A stretch of DNA of 64,000 nucleotides, from the NCBI GenBank assembly GCA_905178155.1, contig CAJINV010000006.1, positions 3,409,636 to 3,473,635 on the forward strand, written 5' to 3'. How positions within the stretch are numbered: position 1 is the stretch's first letter; each line of letters starts with the position of its first letter. Source of the DNA: Amoebophrya sp. A120. Its lineage: Eukaryota; Protista; Dinoflagellata. Shown here piece after piece: positions 11,801 through 22,342 of the stretch. Under the pieces are notes generated by a model. The model was not told the DNA's origin. It made no database searches and worked only from the letters and a program-made list of their open reading frames with translations. The translations under genes were made by a program, and so were the position numbers.

Positions 11801-14800
11801 AGGACACGCGCATGAAGAAGGAGAAGGCGCGTGAGCTACTAGAAAAATGGCAAGCAACCTACCCGAAACTTGAAGAAGACGACACCGAGGACAGCATCTA
11901 CAAGAAAGCAAGAAGGGTCAGGAAGCTAGTAACGGGGCAAGCGCGTGGCGAACTTGCAGGCGAGCTCAGCAAGATCAACATAGGCACGAAAGAGCAGCCG
12001 GACTGGGTAGAAGGGACGGAGAAAGTGACAGAGGAGGTCGCTTTCTATCACCTACTCAAAAACGAACTGACTCGGGCTGCCGAAGGCCTCGGGCACACGT
12101 TCAACAAAGTCGAGTTCAACAAAGCTTTCCAGCAATTAACGGACGCGTCGGAACACGTCCCGGAGATCGTCACTACTGGGCCACAGTTACGTAAAACCCT
12201 GGGTAGAATGAATGGCGAAGCCGCCGGCGCCGACGGAATGCGCGTCGAGGGGCTGAAATCCCTCACCGACAGCCAACTGCAGGAAGTTGCTGCAGGAGTG
12301 ACTGACTTCTTGCGGAAAGTCGGCAAGGCGATTAACTCCCCCGGCAACATGAGCCAGCTCATCCCGCACGCGCTTACAGTGCTGCAGGTCGAGATCCTGA
12401 CGAAAGCGTCGGGGCCGATTACGGAGGTCAGCAAATTCCGCGCCGTTATTAAGAACACCCCAGTAATGAAACTCCTAGTAAGCCACCTAACTTACATTGC
12501 GACGCGAGTGGCCGACATCAATGACGTTTTCACCCGGTGCGGCGCAGCTGGGAAGCCGGCAGCCTCCTGCACGCTCCAGCTGCTAGAAGTGCTAGAGAGT
12601 TGCCACGGGGCCGAACTGAGCGACGGCTACGACGGCAAAGACGAGACAAGCAAGAACGACGGCGATCAAGGAGCAAAAGCAGTAGCAACCGAGCCACCGA
12701 CCGCGAACGGGAACACGGGAGGAGAACAGACCACGGAGGAGAGCCAAAAAGAAGGAGCGACGGCAGGCAAGAGTAGTAGCAACCTATCCACAGAAGCAGC
12801 AGAGGCAGCAGTTGAAGTAATCGACTGGATCAAGCTCTTAATGGGCCTCGACGCTAGTAATTTTTACAACTGCCTGACGTTGCCGACAGCCGTGCGGTGT
12901 ATGAGACGCGCTCGCTTGCACCCGACGTTTATCAAGTTGATCATGCTCACTACGTGGTCGAAGAAGATCTTCCTGAGGAACGGGAACCACTACGGCGAGG
13001 TCAAAGCACATCGCGACCTCATCCAAGGCTCCGTAGAGTGCATGCTAATAGGAACAATCGTCTACATGGCCGGGGTGCAGAAGGTGGCCGAATTCTTCGA
13101 AGAGTGCTACGACGAAACAGGTCGAATAGTAGCAGGCAAAATCGACGGCGCGACCCACAAACTGCGAAGGAGTATCAGGGAGCTCTACAAAGGCGACAAC
13201 GACATCGACACGTCCTTCCCAGATTACAGCACGAGCGAAATTGACGAGCTTTGGTTCGATGCGGGATCGCTAGGCGGATCGACAACAGGATACCGGCGGA
13301 CACAGACCTGGAACAAATATCGGAAGGTGTACGTGCAGACACATCAATCCGGAAAGCTCCAGAGCCCGGAAGAGCCAGCGCGGCAGAAAACTTCCTCAGC
13401 GCTTCAATTTGTCGATGATGGGACCCTTTGTCTCAGGTACAAACCTGCAGACCACGCACTAGCGTTGCGACTACTGAGTGCTGTGAAAACGGTCTACGAA
13501 GACATCTACCGAAGTGAAGGTCAGTATCTTGCGCCGTTAAAGTGCGAATACGTTTTTTCCGGAACAGCAGAACAGTCGGAGCAGGTCCGTGAGGTTTTCT
13601 CCCCATTCGGGATCGAGTTCAACGAGAAGAAAGCTGCGAAGATCTTGGGAGTGACAATCAGCCTGAGTAGTATCGACGAGCAGCGCGCGGCACTTAGGAC
13701 GCAAGTCAGAAGAGCGATCGGGACGGCACAACACCACACGGAACAGCTGATGGTCGCGCAGCCCCGGATGGACGGCAAGGAACTTCGAACAGCAGTGCAG
13801 GTCTTCTTCCTCTCCCCGCTGCTTTACCGATTGCCGGCTATGCATTTGATCTTCAAGCCAGAGGACTGGACAGAGCTACTGACAGACATTTCGTTCGGCG
13901 CAGCCAGGTCGCTGGGCTTTAGCTGGGAGGCCATAGCAAAACTAGCGGAGAAGGCAAAGACCGGAGGTGGCGAGTTCTACCGTATCATCTTCAGCGAAAA
14001 CGTTCTGGCTTTGGTCGACCCGTATCTGCTAGGCATCAAGATTCTACGGTCAGCGGCGCAGGCTGGGTACTTGACAGATCCCGACAGATTGATCAAGTGG
14101 GCGACCTTTCCGATTTCTCTTCACGGAGCAACGAGCACAGGTCTGACAGAATCAGACGCGGCTGACATCGACGACAAGAACCAGGCCGATGTCGCGTTGT
14201 TGGACGCAGCGGCAGCAGGCGCGTCAACGAGGTTGCCACCAGCAAGTGATCTACGGTGCACGGGGTTCGTCCCGGATCGTTCCGGGCTCAGTGAGGAACC
14301 CTCACAGAGAACCGCCCACCGCCGCCGCTTCTTTAAAATCGAAGCCAATAATGCCGGTGATGGAATCGCATGCAGTGAGACGGACATCCTCGGGACAGTA
14401 GTAAGGCCGAGCGTTTTGCAGGTGAAGACAGTGCGAACACACCTGAGGACCGAAACCGGCAGGAAGGAACAGCGGGCAGCAGCATACATCAACAACGCCT
14501 TGTATGCGATGCCATTGCTGATCCAGGAACAACAGTCGGATGGAGGAGAAAGCTTCGTAATTTCGCTAGAAAACTACCAGACACTTCACGACGGAACAAA
14601 AGGACCGATCCGGAAAGGCCAAGGGATCGCTTTGGACCTGGTAGAAGCAATCGAGGGACTACAACTTCTAGGCCATCGGGTCCTGCGAAAAAACAGCCAG
14701 AACCGGACGGAGCTAAACGCGGCGCAAGGCGTGCATGAGATCCCCCTCAGGTTCGTCAACATCTCCGGACATGACAAAAACATGGACTGGCCGATCTATG

Positions 14801-17800
14801 AGTTCGGTGAGGAACTATTTGCGTTCGGACCGGTTTCGACCTGGCAACGGATGAGCAAAAAGGAGCGCGGCGCTTTCCTTGCCCAGGCCCTAGGAGTAGA
14901 AACAGACGAGGAGGCGGCAGAGCGGGCACGAAAAGAACGAGAAGCCGAGAGAACACAACCCCAGCCCAAGGCGCCACAGGGGGCGAGTCAGAGTAGCGGG
15001 ACTGCCGGAAAAAAGTCGACTAGCGGCGCAGGACCAAAGAAAAAACAGGCAAAAGCGAAAGCCCCGGGGCCTGCACCACCACAGCCGGTAGGAGAAAAAA
15101 CACCGCCACCAAAACGCAGGAGGGTTTCAGAGCAGTCGGACGACGACGCAGGCGAAAAGAGAAAGCCCAACAGAAAAGCACCACCAGCGCCGGCAGCCGC
15201 GGCAGAAGAGCAACCAACAGCAAAGGCCCCGACACAGAAAAAGACAAAGGGCGCGGCTGGGCCGAAACCGAAGCCACCAGTAGCCACGGCAGCAGGAAAA
15301 GCCCCAGCAAAAGCTCCGGAACAGAAAAAGGCGAAGGGGGCTGCCGGACCGAAGCCGAAGGCAACGGAAGCCAAACCGCCGCAACCCAAGGCGGGCGGAA
15401 AGAAGAGATCTGCAGAGGAGGCGGAGGCGCTCCCGGGTGTGGCAAGCAAAAAACAGAAGCAAACCAGCAAAAAACAGGAGGAAGCCAACCCAGCGAGAAA
15501 AAAGCCACCACCTAAACAGAACGAGGCGCCGCGACAGGCCGCTAATTCCGCAGCGGAAAACACCGCAGAAGCGGCGCCACCGAAGAGCGAGCAAGCCGAG
15601 ACACGGAAGACCCACGGAACAGAGCAACTGGCTACGCAGGGAGATCGGGAGGACGCGAAACCTGCAAACGGGCTCGGCGGGAGGGCCGAAGCAGAAAAGC
15701 AGGAAACAGCGGCAACAGAGAAAAGCAAGGCACAACCGGCGAGGCCGGGTGCCATGTTTACGTCGACGAGCCAGTTCTCGATGGTCGGTGACCTGTTCCG
15801 CGAACTGGAACGCAGCCGGAACAACAGCAACCAGCCAGCCTCTCACTCCTCCTCAGCCTCTTCCTCCTCGTCCGCAAATACGAAAGCCAAGTAAAAAAAA
15901 GAAGAAAAGAAGAACCCCACTCGTCGAACCCCGACGGATACCCCCTCAAGCCCATCCCTCCCCGCATAGTAGTACCCCTTACCTACATGAAGAGCGAGGG
16001 ACCTCGTAGCACCAGGCGGAATGGAAAATAGTAGCTACCCCCAGATGATAGCAAAGTAGCGAACGACGACCCGGAGTGCGCAGAATCGGTTGTAGACATG
16101 GCGGCAAATCGACCGACGAAAAAGAGCGCGCGAGATAACCACACTGAAACCAAGCAGACACCTGACTGACGTTTTGTACATATAGAGCTGCACAAAGATG
16201 AAAAAAAGAGAAAAAGGAAAAAAGCGCAAGCCGTCCGGCGGGGCGGCCGCTCCTATCCATCACACATCGGAGCACTCGATGTTCCTGCTCGGTCCCGGCG
16301 ACGACGAGGGGTAGCGAGAGCCACAGCACGGAGCGACACAGAGGAAAAGAGAGTAATCCAAAAACGCATGGCCTCACGTACGTACACTTCTGCACTTTTG
16401 TCTTTGCTCCCCGAAAGGGGGTTTCCTGTGGGGGGGGGGTGCGGGAAGTCTAAAAGCAAATGGAACGAAAGCCGCCTGCAAGCGAAGCGATCAAAAACCA
16501 CGGCAGAAGCGATGTCATGCGGGTGATGTGGTTCAGGGGCGATTGCGATCCCCCATTAGGCATGGCGATAGCAAGGGCGTTGCACGACGCGAAGATCTGT
16601 CATGCAGTTTGAACGTGCCAGAACCAAGCCCCACAGTCAAGACGACAACAGCGGCAAAGTGATCAGCCTTCGGGCGTGCGCGATGCTCGTTCCATCTACT
16701 TTTTCGACGATTCACTTCCTTCACCAGGGCCTTGCTCAACCCTGGACCAGAACGAGTAGGACCAAGGACCCAAGAGGTAGGCACTGTAGCGGAAAGTTGG
16801 AGCAAAAAAAATTTTTTTTGAAAAAGGACCCAATAGGAGCCGACCTGCGTGGATGGTTATAAAACAGGTAGCCTGACCCCAAATGGCAATGATCATTGGG
16901 AGCAGCAGAGCGCAGCAGGACCCCGGGACTGCAACAGCTCACCCCTGTTTTAACTTAGAATCACGCAGTGCTCCGAGTATGCCACTACCTCGACCCCTCA
17001 AGAAAAGAAGTAGCCCCCCCAACTACAACACCGCCGTCCGCGATCAGGATACGACTTGTACTAACCAACATTGTACCAACCGAGATCCCGCGGGGCGCAG
17101 GGTCTGGGCGGCTCGAAGCAGAACGCGCAGCACAAGCGGGAGACAACACATCCAAAGGTGGGGATGGTCTCAGGTCGTTCAGGTCCGCCAAGGGTTGCGA
17201 CGCGCTATCAGGGTTTCGCCAACTCCGCGGGGGCGTTGCGGGTAACTCCCTAAAACACCAAAACCGGCAGAAATTAGGGCCGGCAGTCCGGGTAATTGCT
17301 CACCAGTCGTTTTGTATGACGAACCAAGAGGTGCAACGCGAACAGATAGGCATGAATTTAGCATCTCCGGCTGGTAGAGCAATCGGCTACCGAGGTACGT
17401 CAGGGGGCGTAGCTACATCAATCAATCCAAATGTAGCATCACAAGTTTGGCTCTTCCAGGCCCAGACACTTTTGCATTTGATAGAGACGCGCCAAGCACG
17501 AAACTGTACCCCAGCGACATTGGCAGCGAGAAACGGGAGCGAATCGACGAGGACGCTCACCGATTGAAAACCATCTTCGCGCTATGGAAGTGTCAGGATC
17601 GAAATCATCAGAGTTGAAATAATTTGTGACGCATAAAACGATTAACCCGTTGGCGCCTTGTTTTCAAGTGGCGCATGATGACAAATTTGGGTAGAACTGA
17701 AATCCAGTTTGTGATGCTGTTTCGGTAAGGAAGACGCCTGCTGTATTTGTCATGCTACTTTAGCAGCTCAATTTCTACCCCTCGACAGGCTTGCAATCTG

Positions 17801-19984
17801 CATCTTCCCTTACGTCCTCTGCATCAATAGAGGCAATTTCTTCGTTGCATTTTATGCATCACAAAGAACTATTTCAACTTTGACGATTTCAATTCTGACG
17901 CTTCCATACGCGCTTCGCCCGACCACGAGCCTCGTCGAGGAAACCAAGAGAGCGTGGGACGAGAGTAATGGCGAAGGGAGTGCTATCGCAAAAAAAAACT
18001 GTTTCACTGTGAACTTGTGATGCATAGAATGGAACACAGAACTATTTGGCTTGCCACACCTGCAAGACATTGGATTTTTTAGCGTGTTTTCCCTTGGGAA
18101 GCGCACATGGCAAACTTTCTGTGTCATGTGTAGCAAACTGGTGATGCGGATCTTGCAAAACCATCACAGTGAAACAGTTTTTTCATGGGATAAGTGCGAC
18201 CGGGGGCCTGAAACATAAGGTCACGTCCTTTAACAAGGAACTGCACGGGGCCGTTGAGGACAAACAGGTAGCACAGCACGGGACCTTTTCAAGCGATTAC
18301 TACACGCCGGAGGTGGACAGGTTAAGCCATCCTGGTGCTGCGACGCTGCATATCATACAAAAAAAGTTCGTCGCGATCACTCATGCGCATTTTTGCAATA
18401 CAGAACCTTCTGTCATGCTTAAAAATGCACCACAGCCAACCCTCGTAGGGGATTGCCCTAGAGTTTCTCCAATACAAGGAATAAGTAGCTGCGATGCTAA
18501 AAAAATTTGTAATGCAAAACCTGCACAGTAGTCGGTGAATTTGACAAAATTTGTTCTGTCCATACCGCAATCCTGTGTGTTACTATTCGACGCAGACCTA
18601 GACTATCAAAATGAAAAATCTTAGCCCCTCCCCATATCAAAACGGATACTTGTGATGCTGATTTGTAGTCACAAATCAGCTTTGTCGTGCACATAAGGTA
18701 ATGGGAGCCATTTGACGCATTCCAGACCAAGTCTCTCATGCGCTTTCGAGTACTGCAAACCTGTTGGCCATGCGCAATTGCTAGCCTTCTGCATAGTACC
18801 CAAACAGGCCTAGAAAATGCCGCCAAGCACTTTCTGCAAGACAACTCTGATTCGTGTACGCAAGTCTAGCATCAGGAACTGCGTTTCGATATGGGGAGGG
18901 ATGATTTTTCCTTACGATATAGACCGCCTCTTCCCCCGCTGCGACATGTACCACCTGCGTGACCAAATGCTTATCAAGTGCCAATATGTCTGGGTCTGGA
19001 AGATTGCGAGACTTGTCATGCAGATTTTCCATGACCCATAAGGTCTGGAATGCGAGACCCAGCATGACAGATTCTTTGCGGTCTCTATCATGCCTCTCCT
19101 GCATGAGAAACTTCCTGTCAATTTGGTCAAAAGTGGACAGCTTTTGCCATGCGTGCAACACACATTTTTGCACGATCCAGAATTTGCATGACAAGTTGCA
19201 GTGTTCGTCCAGACCCAGACATATTTGCATTTGATAATGCTGCGCCGCCTGCAAAACCCGTTCAGCAGCGCCAGCAGCATATCCACAGTAAATTTCCCGT
19301 ACACGTACAAATACAGTCACTGCATCACAAAACTTGCCTTCAATCCTAGTCTAGCATGACAAGTTGGGCACTGCAAGTTAGCGAAATTTGTCATGCATTT
19401 TGTACATCATGTACAGGAAATTTACATTGCATACAGCAGTGCAGCTTCAGCCGCCTCGACAGCAGCAGCAGCAGCCGCCGCAAGTGCTGCTTCTTCAGCA
19501 ACAGAACTTGTCGATAAAAAAACGGCAAAATCCCGTGAGGAAGACAACCACGAGGACGATCACACTGCGAGAGCCACCCGCGCGTCTCCTACTGCCAATC
19601 AAGAAAAGAAGCCAAATGAACTAGCGCCAAACGAGGGAGTAGACCACGCCAGCAGCGCACTTCAGGAGAAGGAAAAAGTCCGAATCAACGACATTCATTG
19701 GGTATGCACTGCAAAAGTACTATCGTACTCGTACTAGTTGCAGACATGCATGACAAACACAAATCGCCTTCCTTAGCTAAAACAGCATTACAAATTTTAT
19801 CTGTCATGCTCAGGAAATTTGTAATGCAATTTATACTAGTACGATGGGATGCTTTTGCACTTCATATTGGGTGGGGTTTCGCTTTCACCGGTGGTCCAGA
19901 TCGATTGGGCTTGGCAATTACGAATCTGAAAAAATAGAAGTAGATTTGGGTCTCATGGAACAAACCTGTCATGCAAATTTGTGA
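5884..19984 (+). CDS. Large putative secreted protein of unknown function, about 19 introner introns
   Basis: Signal-peptide-like FCLLFVLLQAWWWWFLLLPSVRA; frame is continuous across the junctions translated, e.g. ESALMD|LVSLK, YCLQ|SELFRK, TWVSRD|APSTKLY, INDIHW|VGFRF; exact start and stop uncertain. Confidence 0.75.
10744..15894 (+). CDS. APE endonuclease-reverse transcriptase polyprotein with degenerate RNase H-like region and Lys/Ala/Pro-rich tail (N-terminus truncated; first codons derive from the junction)
   Basis: APE motifs GGDMN, PTCF...RRIDFALV, ADH; RT motifs AAGADG, FRAVI, LDASNFYN, LIQGS, QFVDD, KILGV. Confidence 0.9.
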   Translation: MLVMQYRFSEHPTHISQSHACWSCNTGGLYRRDTYIAKYKEEERAAVVKQMKPLLQELEATAKRADLRIFGGDMNAEFYEGADGEFLFAREKVAPVIYEEVLAPLARLMSLYTKYRCPAGPTCFRTTPRRIDFALVGAEDANSLKVRQKRAKVPANWQYEFGKKQTRCQWLKDDETPDEAEADHLALHTVIRWRPTKDETGQGTTGADRNNIGTAGKKPTAFNATYADKKPGGPAATGRVKVLKSKAEFEKCAPFPGAISWPRGAAKKEQLAPVLEAAEMPSACEVGLDGIQNWIRDLLKTECPLKAKNLMTQQMEAFYGRKGGRKAHQKKTQQSNEPEQTGPASTTETADEKDTRMKKEKARELLEKWQATYPKLEEDDTEDSIYKKARRVRKLVTGQARGELAGELSKINIGTKEQPDWVEGTEKVTEEVAFYHLLKNELTRAAEGLGHTFNKVEFNKAFQQLTDASEHVPEIVTTGPQLRKTLGRMNGEAAGADGMRVEGLKSLTDSQLQEVAAGVTDFLRKVGKAINSPGNMSQLIPHALTVLQVEILTKASGPITEVSKFRAVIKNTPVMKLLVSHLTYIATRVADINDVFTRCGAAGKPAASCTLQLLEVLESCHGAELSDGYDGKDETSKNDGDQGAKAVATEPPTANGNTGGEQTTEESQKEGATAGKSSSNLSTEAAEAAVEVIDWIKLLMGLDASNFYNCLTLPTAVRCMRRARLHPTFIKLIMLTTWSKKIFLRNGNHYGEVKAHRDLIQGSVECMLIGTIVYMAGVQKVAEFFEECYDETGRIVAGKIDGATHKLRRSIRELYKGDNDIDTSFPDYSTSEIDELWFDAGSLGGSTTGYRRTQTWNKYRKVYVQTHQSGKLQSPEEPARQKTSSALQFVDDGTLCLRYKPADHALALRLLSAVKTVYEDIYRSEGQYLAPLKCEYVFSGTAEQSEQVREVFSPFGIEFNEKKAAKILGVTISLSSIDEQRAALRTQVRRAIGTAQHHTEQLMVAQPRMDGKELRTAVQVFFLSPLLYRLPAMHLIFKPEDWTELLTDISFGAARSLGFSWEAIAKLAEKAKTGGGEFYRIIFSENVLALVDPYLLGIKILRSAAQAGYLTDPDRLIKWATFPISLHGATSTGLTESDAADIDDKNQADVALLDAAAAGASTRLPPASDLRCTGFVPDRSGLSEEPSQRTAHRRRFFKIEANNAGDGIACSETDILGTVVRPSVLQVKTVRTHLRTETGRKEQRAAAYINNALYAMPLLIQEQQSDGGESFVISLENYQTLHDGTKGPIRKGQGIALDLVEAIEGLQLLGHRVLRKNSQNRTELNAAQGVHEIPLRFVNISGHDKNMDWPIYEFGEELFAFGPVSTWQRMSKKERGAFLAQALGVETDEEAAERARKEREAERTQPQPKAPQGASQSSGTAGKKSTSGAGPKKKQAKAKAPGPAPPQPVGEKTPPPKRRRVSEQSDDDAGEKRKPNRKAPPAPAAAAEEQPTAKAPTQKKTKGAAGPKPKPPVATAAGKAPAKAPEQKKAKGAAGPKPKATEAKPPQPKAGGKKRSAEEAEALPGVASKKQKQTSKKQEEANPARKKPPPKQNEAPRQAANSAAENTAEAAPPKSEQAETRKTHGTEQLATQGDREDAKPANGLGGRAEAEKQETAATEKSKAQPARPGAMFTSTSQFSMVGDLFRELERSRNNSNQPASHSSSASSSSSANTKAK
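10781..17424 (+). mobile_element. 5'-truncated non-LTR (LINE-like) retrotransposon
   Basis: Apparent TSD ATCCAA (10775-10780 and 17425-17430), short (ATCA)n tail, APE-RT ORF, about 1.5 kb of 3' untranslated sequence. Confidence 0.85.
17583..17908. mobile_element. Introner, TATGGAAG(C/T)GTCAGG family (about 305-325 bp)
   Basis: DR cgcgc; relatives at 52825-53140, 56412-56718, 59857-60166; related pair 52126-52430 and 63435-63739 are close copies in opposite orientation. Confidence 0.9.
17984..18192. mobile_element. Introner, TATC.CA.GAAAAAACTGTTTCACTGTGA family
   Basis: DR agtgc; relatives at 39701-39909 and 50232-50458. Confidence 0.85.
18604..18919. mobile_element. Introner, TATCAAAATGAAAAATC...TCCCCATAT family
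   Basis: DR tagac; relatives at 34993-35320 and 56039-56359. Confidence 0.85.
19280..19433. mobile_element. Introner, TATCCACAG.AAATTTCC family
   Basis: DR cagca; relatives at 26762-26944, 28461-28631, 51137-51287. Confidence 0.8.
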
Positions 19985-20399
19985 ATGATGACCTGCCAGC
20001 TCACCGTGCAGAGGACCAACACATGCCAACTCTTCGAAGAAAGAGCTCGACGAGTGGTTATCATGCATACTTACAATATTTTTTGTCCGGTGGTGTGTGC
20101 GCACCACATGCAGCAGGAACGAAAATTGAGTGGCGTTCTAGGCAAGCTAATGCTAGAGCTAGTTGCACGAAAAATATATACAGGATCCTTCCAAATCAAA
20201 TGCAAGAGACCCAAATCGATCTTTACATTCGATGGCAAGAAAACGATTAAAACCACGGGTATCAACATACCCAATTAAGGAAGGGTGGAGGAAATCACGA
20301 CAGGAGATGGTCCCAGGTGGTCGTAAAAATCGCTACGCTTCTCGCCGAAGGATGAGCTCTTGACTCGATCCAGGGCCACCACGGGCCAAAGGCTCTGAT

Positions 20400-22081
20400 G
20401 ATAGATAAAATTTGCGATGACAACAAACCACATGTGCGAAGATGAGTTGCAATTCTACATTACAATTCACTTTTTCCACGCCAACAGATGAAAATCATTT
20501 TCATCCCAGCCACTCTATGGCTATGGGCTCTAAGAAATCCACTCTCACTTCCAGTTTTCGACAATATTCGAGAGCCTATACACGAATCCAATCTGGTGCA
20601 CAACTACAAACAAGAAAATCACATAATTAATTGCTTCTTCGACTCACCACGATATCATCGATAGAGAAGATTCTGATTCATTTGATTGGGAAACATGAAC
20701 TTGAGCACTTCTTTCTTGCGCCACACATTTCTCCTCATCATCCATCCAAAATCATCCATCTAAGTCTATTTCTCTATCCAAATCAATGGAGGTCATATTT
20801 TCTCTTTTGTTTTGATCTGGATCCAAATCCAATGAATCTCTTCCGAAAATGTCATGTTTTCTCTTCTGGGATAAAAATATTTAAAATCTCATCATAGTTC
20901 ATGGTTAGAATGACATTCATTCACATGGAATTTCGAAAATTAGAAATAACCGAAATTGATCTCGAAAAATAAAAATTTGGAAGATATCTTGAAATTTAAA
21001 AGATAAAATTCAATAATTTCGAAATGTAAAGAGAAATTCAGGGGAGATCTAAAGAGAAAAATCAATGGCATTTCTTCAATGAGACCAAAAACACACACAT
21101 CATAACATTCATTCTACACAGATCGAGATTAGATTCATTCATATTTTTTTTTTTTTCGATTCATTATGAAAATTAGGAATTTGATATATTGTGATCCGAT
21201 CATCCCAATCATTACAAACTATAACCAGAAACAGAAACCCAAACATGAAACCCAGATGAACATGAATACATCGACAAAATTTTTTCAAAAAAAATTTCGG
21301 AATTCAAAATATATAATATAAATATTCAGGAATTCCAAGGCATATCCCACCTATGATCCTGTCCCTGTGATATAAATCGACATCAATTTTCCAGGAATTG
21401 AGACAAAAATGAATCAATAGAAGAGATTCTTTCTTTCTTTCAAAAATGAAAGAAATCCGAACATTGAAAGAAAGAAACAAAGAAAGAGATTCAGAATCAG
21501 AAGAAAATCAAAGAATATGATGATGAGATGATCCAAAACCAATTCAAGATCATAAGGCATTGATATCAAAAAAAGAAAACGAGAATCTATCATCCTTCCA
21601 GAATATCGATCGATGGTGTCACAGGATGATTTCAATGACGATGATTTGGATGTAGGAAGCTCAATCGAGATCAGAAATTGTAATTGAATGTGAACATCAG
21701 AAACAATAAGATAGAGTAGAAAATGGCCAGACAAAGAGCTGGTGCTGAAATCAAGAAGGATAAGATTTGTTTTTTTTTTTTTCAGAATTATCCGGCTGGC
21801 AAAGAAATTTTTGGTTTAGATTGACACAGATCGAGACTTTCAATTAGGAACAGGACAGGTTTATATTTGGATTGTTGAAGGGAAAGATAGTTTGTTTATT
21901 TTCTGTAGGACAAGACATTTGTTTATCTTTATTTTCAGTTTCATTTTTCAGAAATAGATGTTTATGAAGTTTTTCAAATTTCTACACCAATAGGTTATAG
22001 ATATCGAGGACAGGACAAGAGAGATCTTCATGAAGGATTTCTTCAGGGCCTTGAACATTTGACGCCATGCCCAGGCACGAC

Positions 22082-22124
<43 letters not shown>

Positions 22125-22340
22125 GAAGCTCAATTTTCTTGTGTTGATAAATATTTGATTTTGGAAAATCGATATCATGAGGAGTGGAACAACATCGAAG
22201 TGCTTATGATCCAGCGTGTATTCTTATGATTCTCTTTCAGACCAGCCGTTTTCTCATCGTTTGTTTGAGAATATGAGGTCTTTTTGTTCATTTTTGTATT
22301 TTCCAGCCAGTTATGGTTCAGTATTGTGTTTTCTTCTCCT
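20400..22340. other. AT-rich, introner-free block at the convergent strand switch
   Basis: Visibly lower GC than flanks; lies between the last + gene and the first - gene. Confidence 0.6.
22082..22123. repeat. (AAGA)n microsatellite
   Basis: Direct reading, about 10 units. Confidence 0.9.
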
Positions 22341-22342
22341 TT

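Larger units (their letters stand above)
10571..17483. mobile_element. Introner (TGTCTGGGTCTGGAA family) enlarged to 6.9 kb by a nested retrotransposon
   Basis: TIR tatcaaaagtaaaaatgtctgggtctggaag / cttccaggcccagacacttttgcatttgata; perfect DR gagac. Confidence 0.9.

Noticed and set aside
14988-16009. Antisense and alternative-frame ORFs over the LINE tail
   Set aside because: Shadow ORFs of a low-complexity K/A/P region
10571-17483. Autonomous introner encoding its own RT
   Set aside because: The ORF is 5'-truncated, has its own TSD and tail, and removing it restores a normal-length family member; it is a nested LINE
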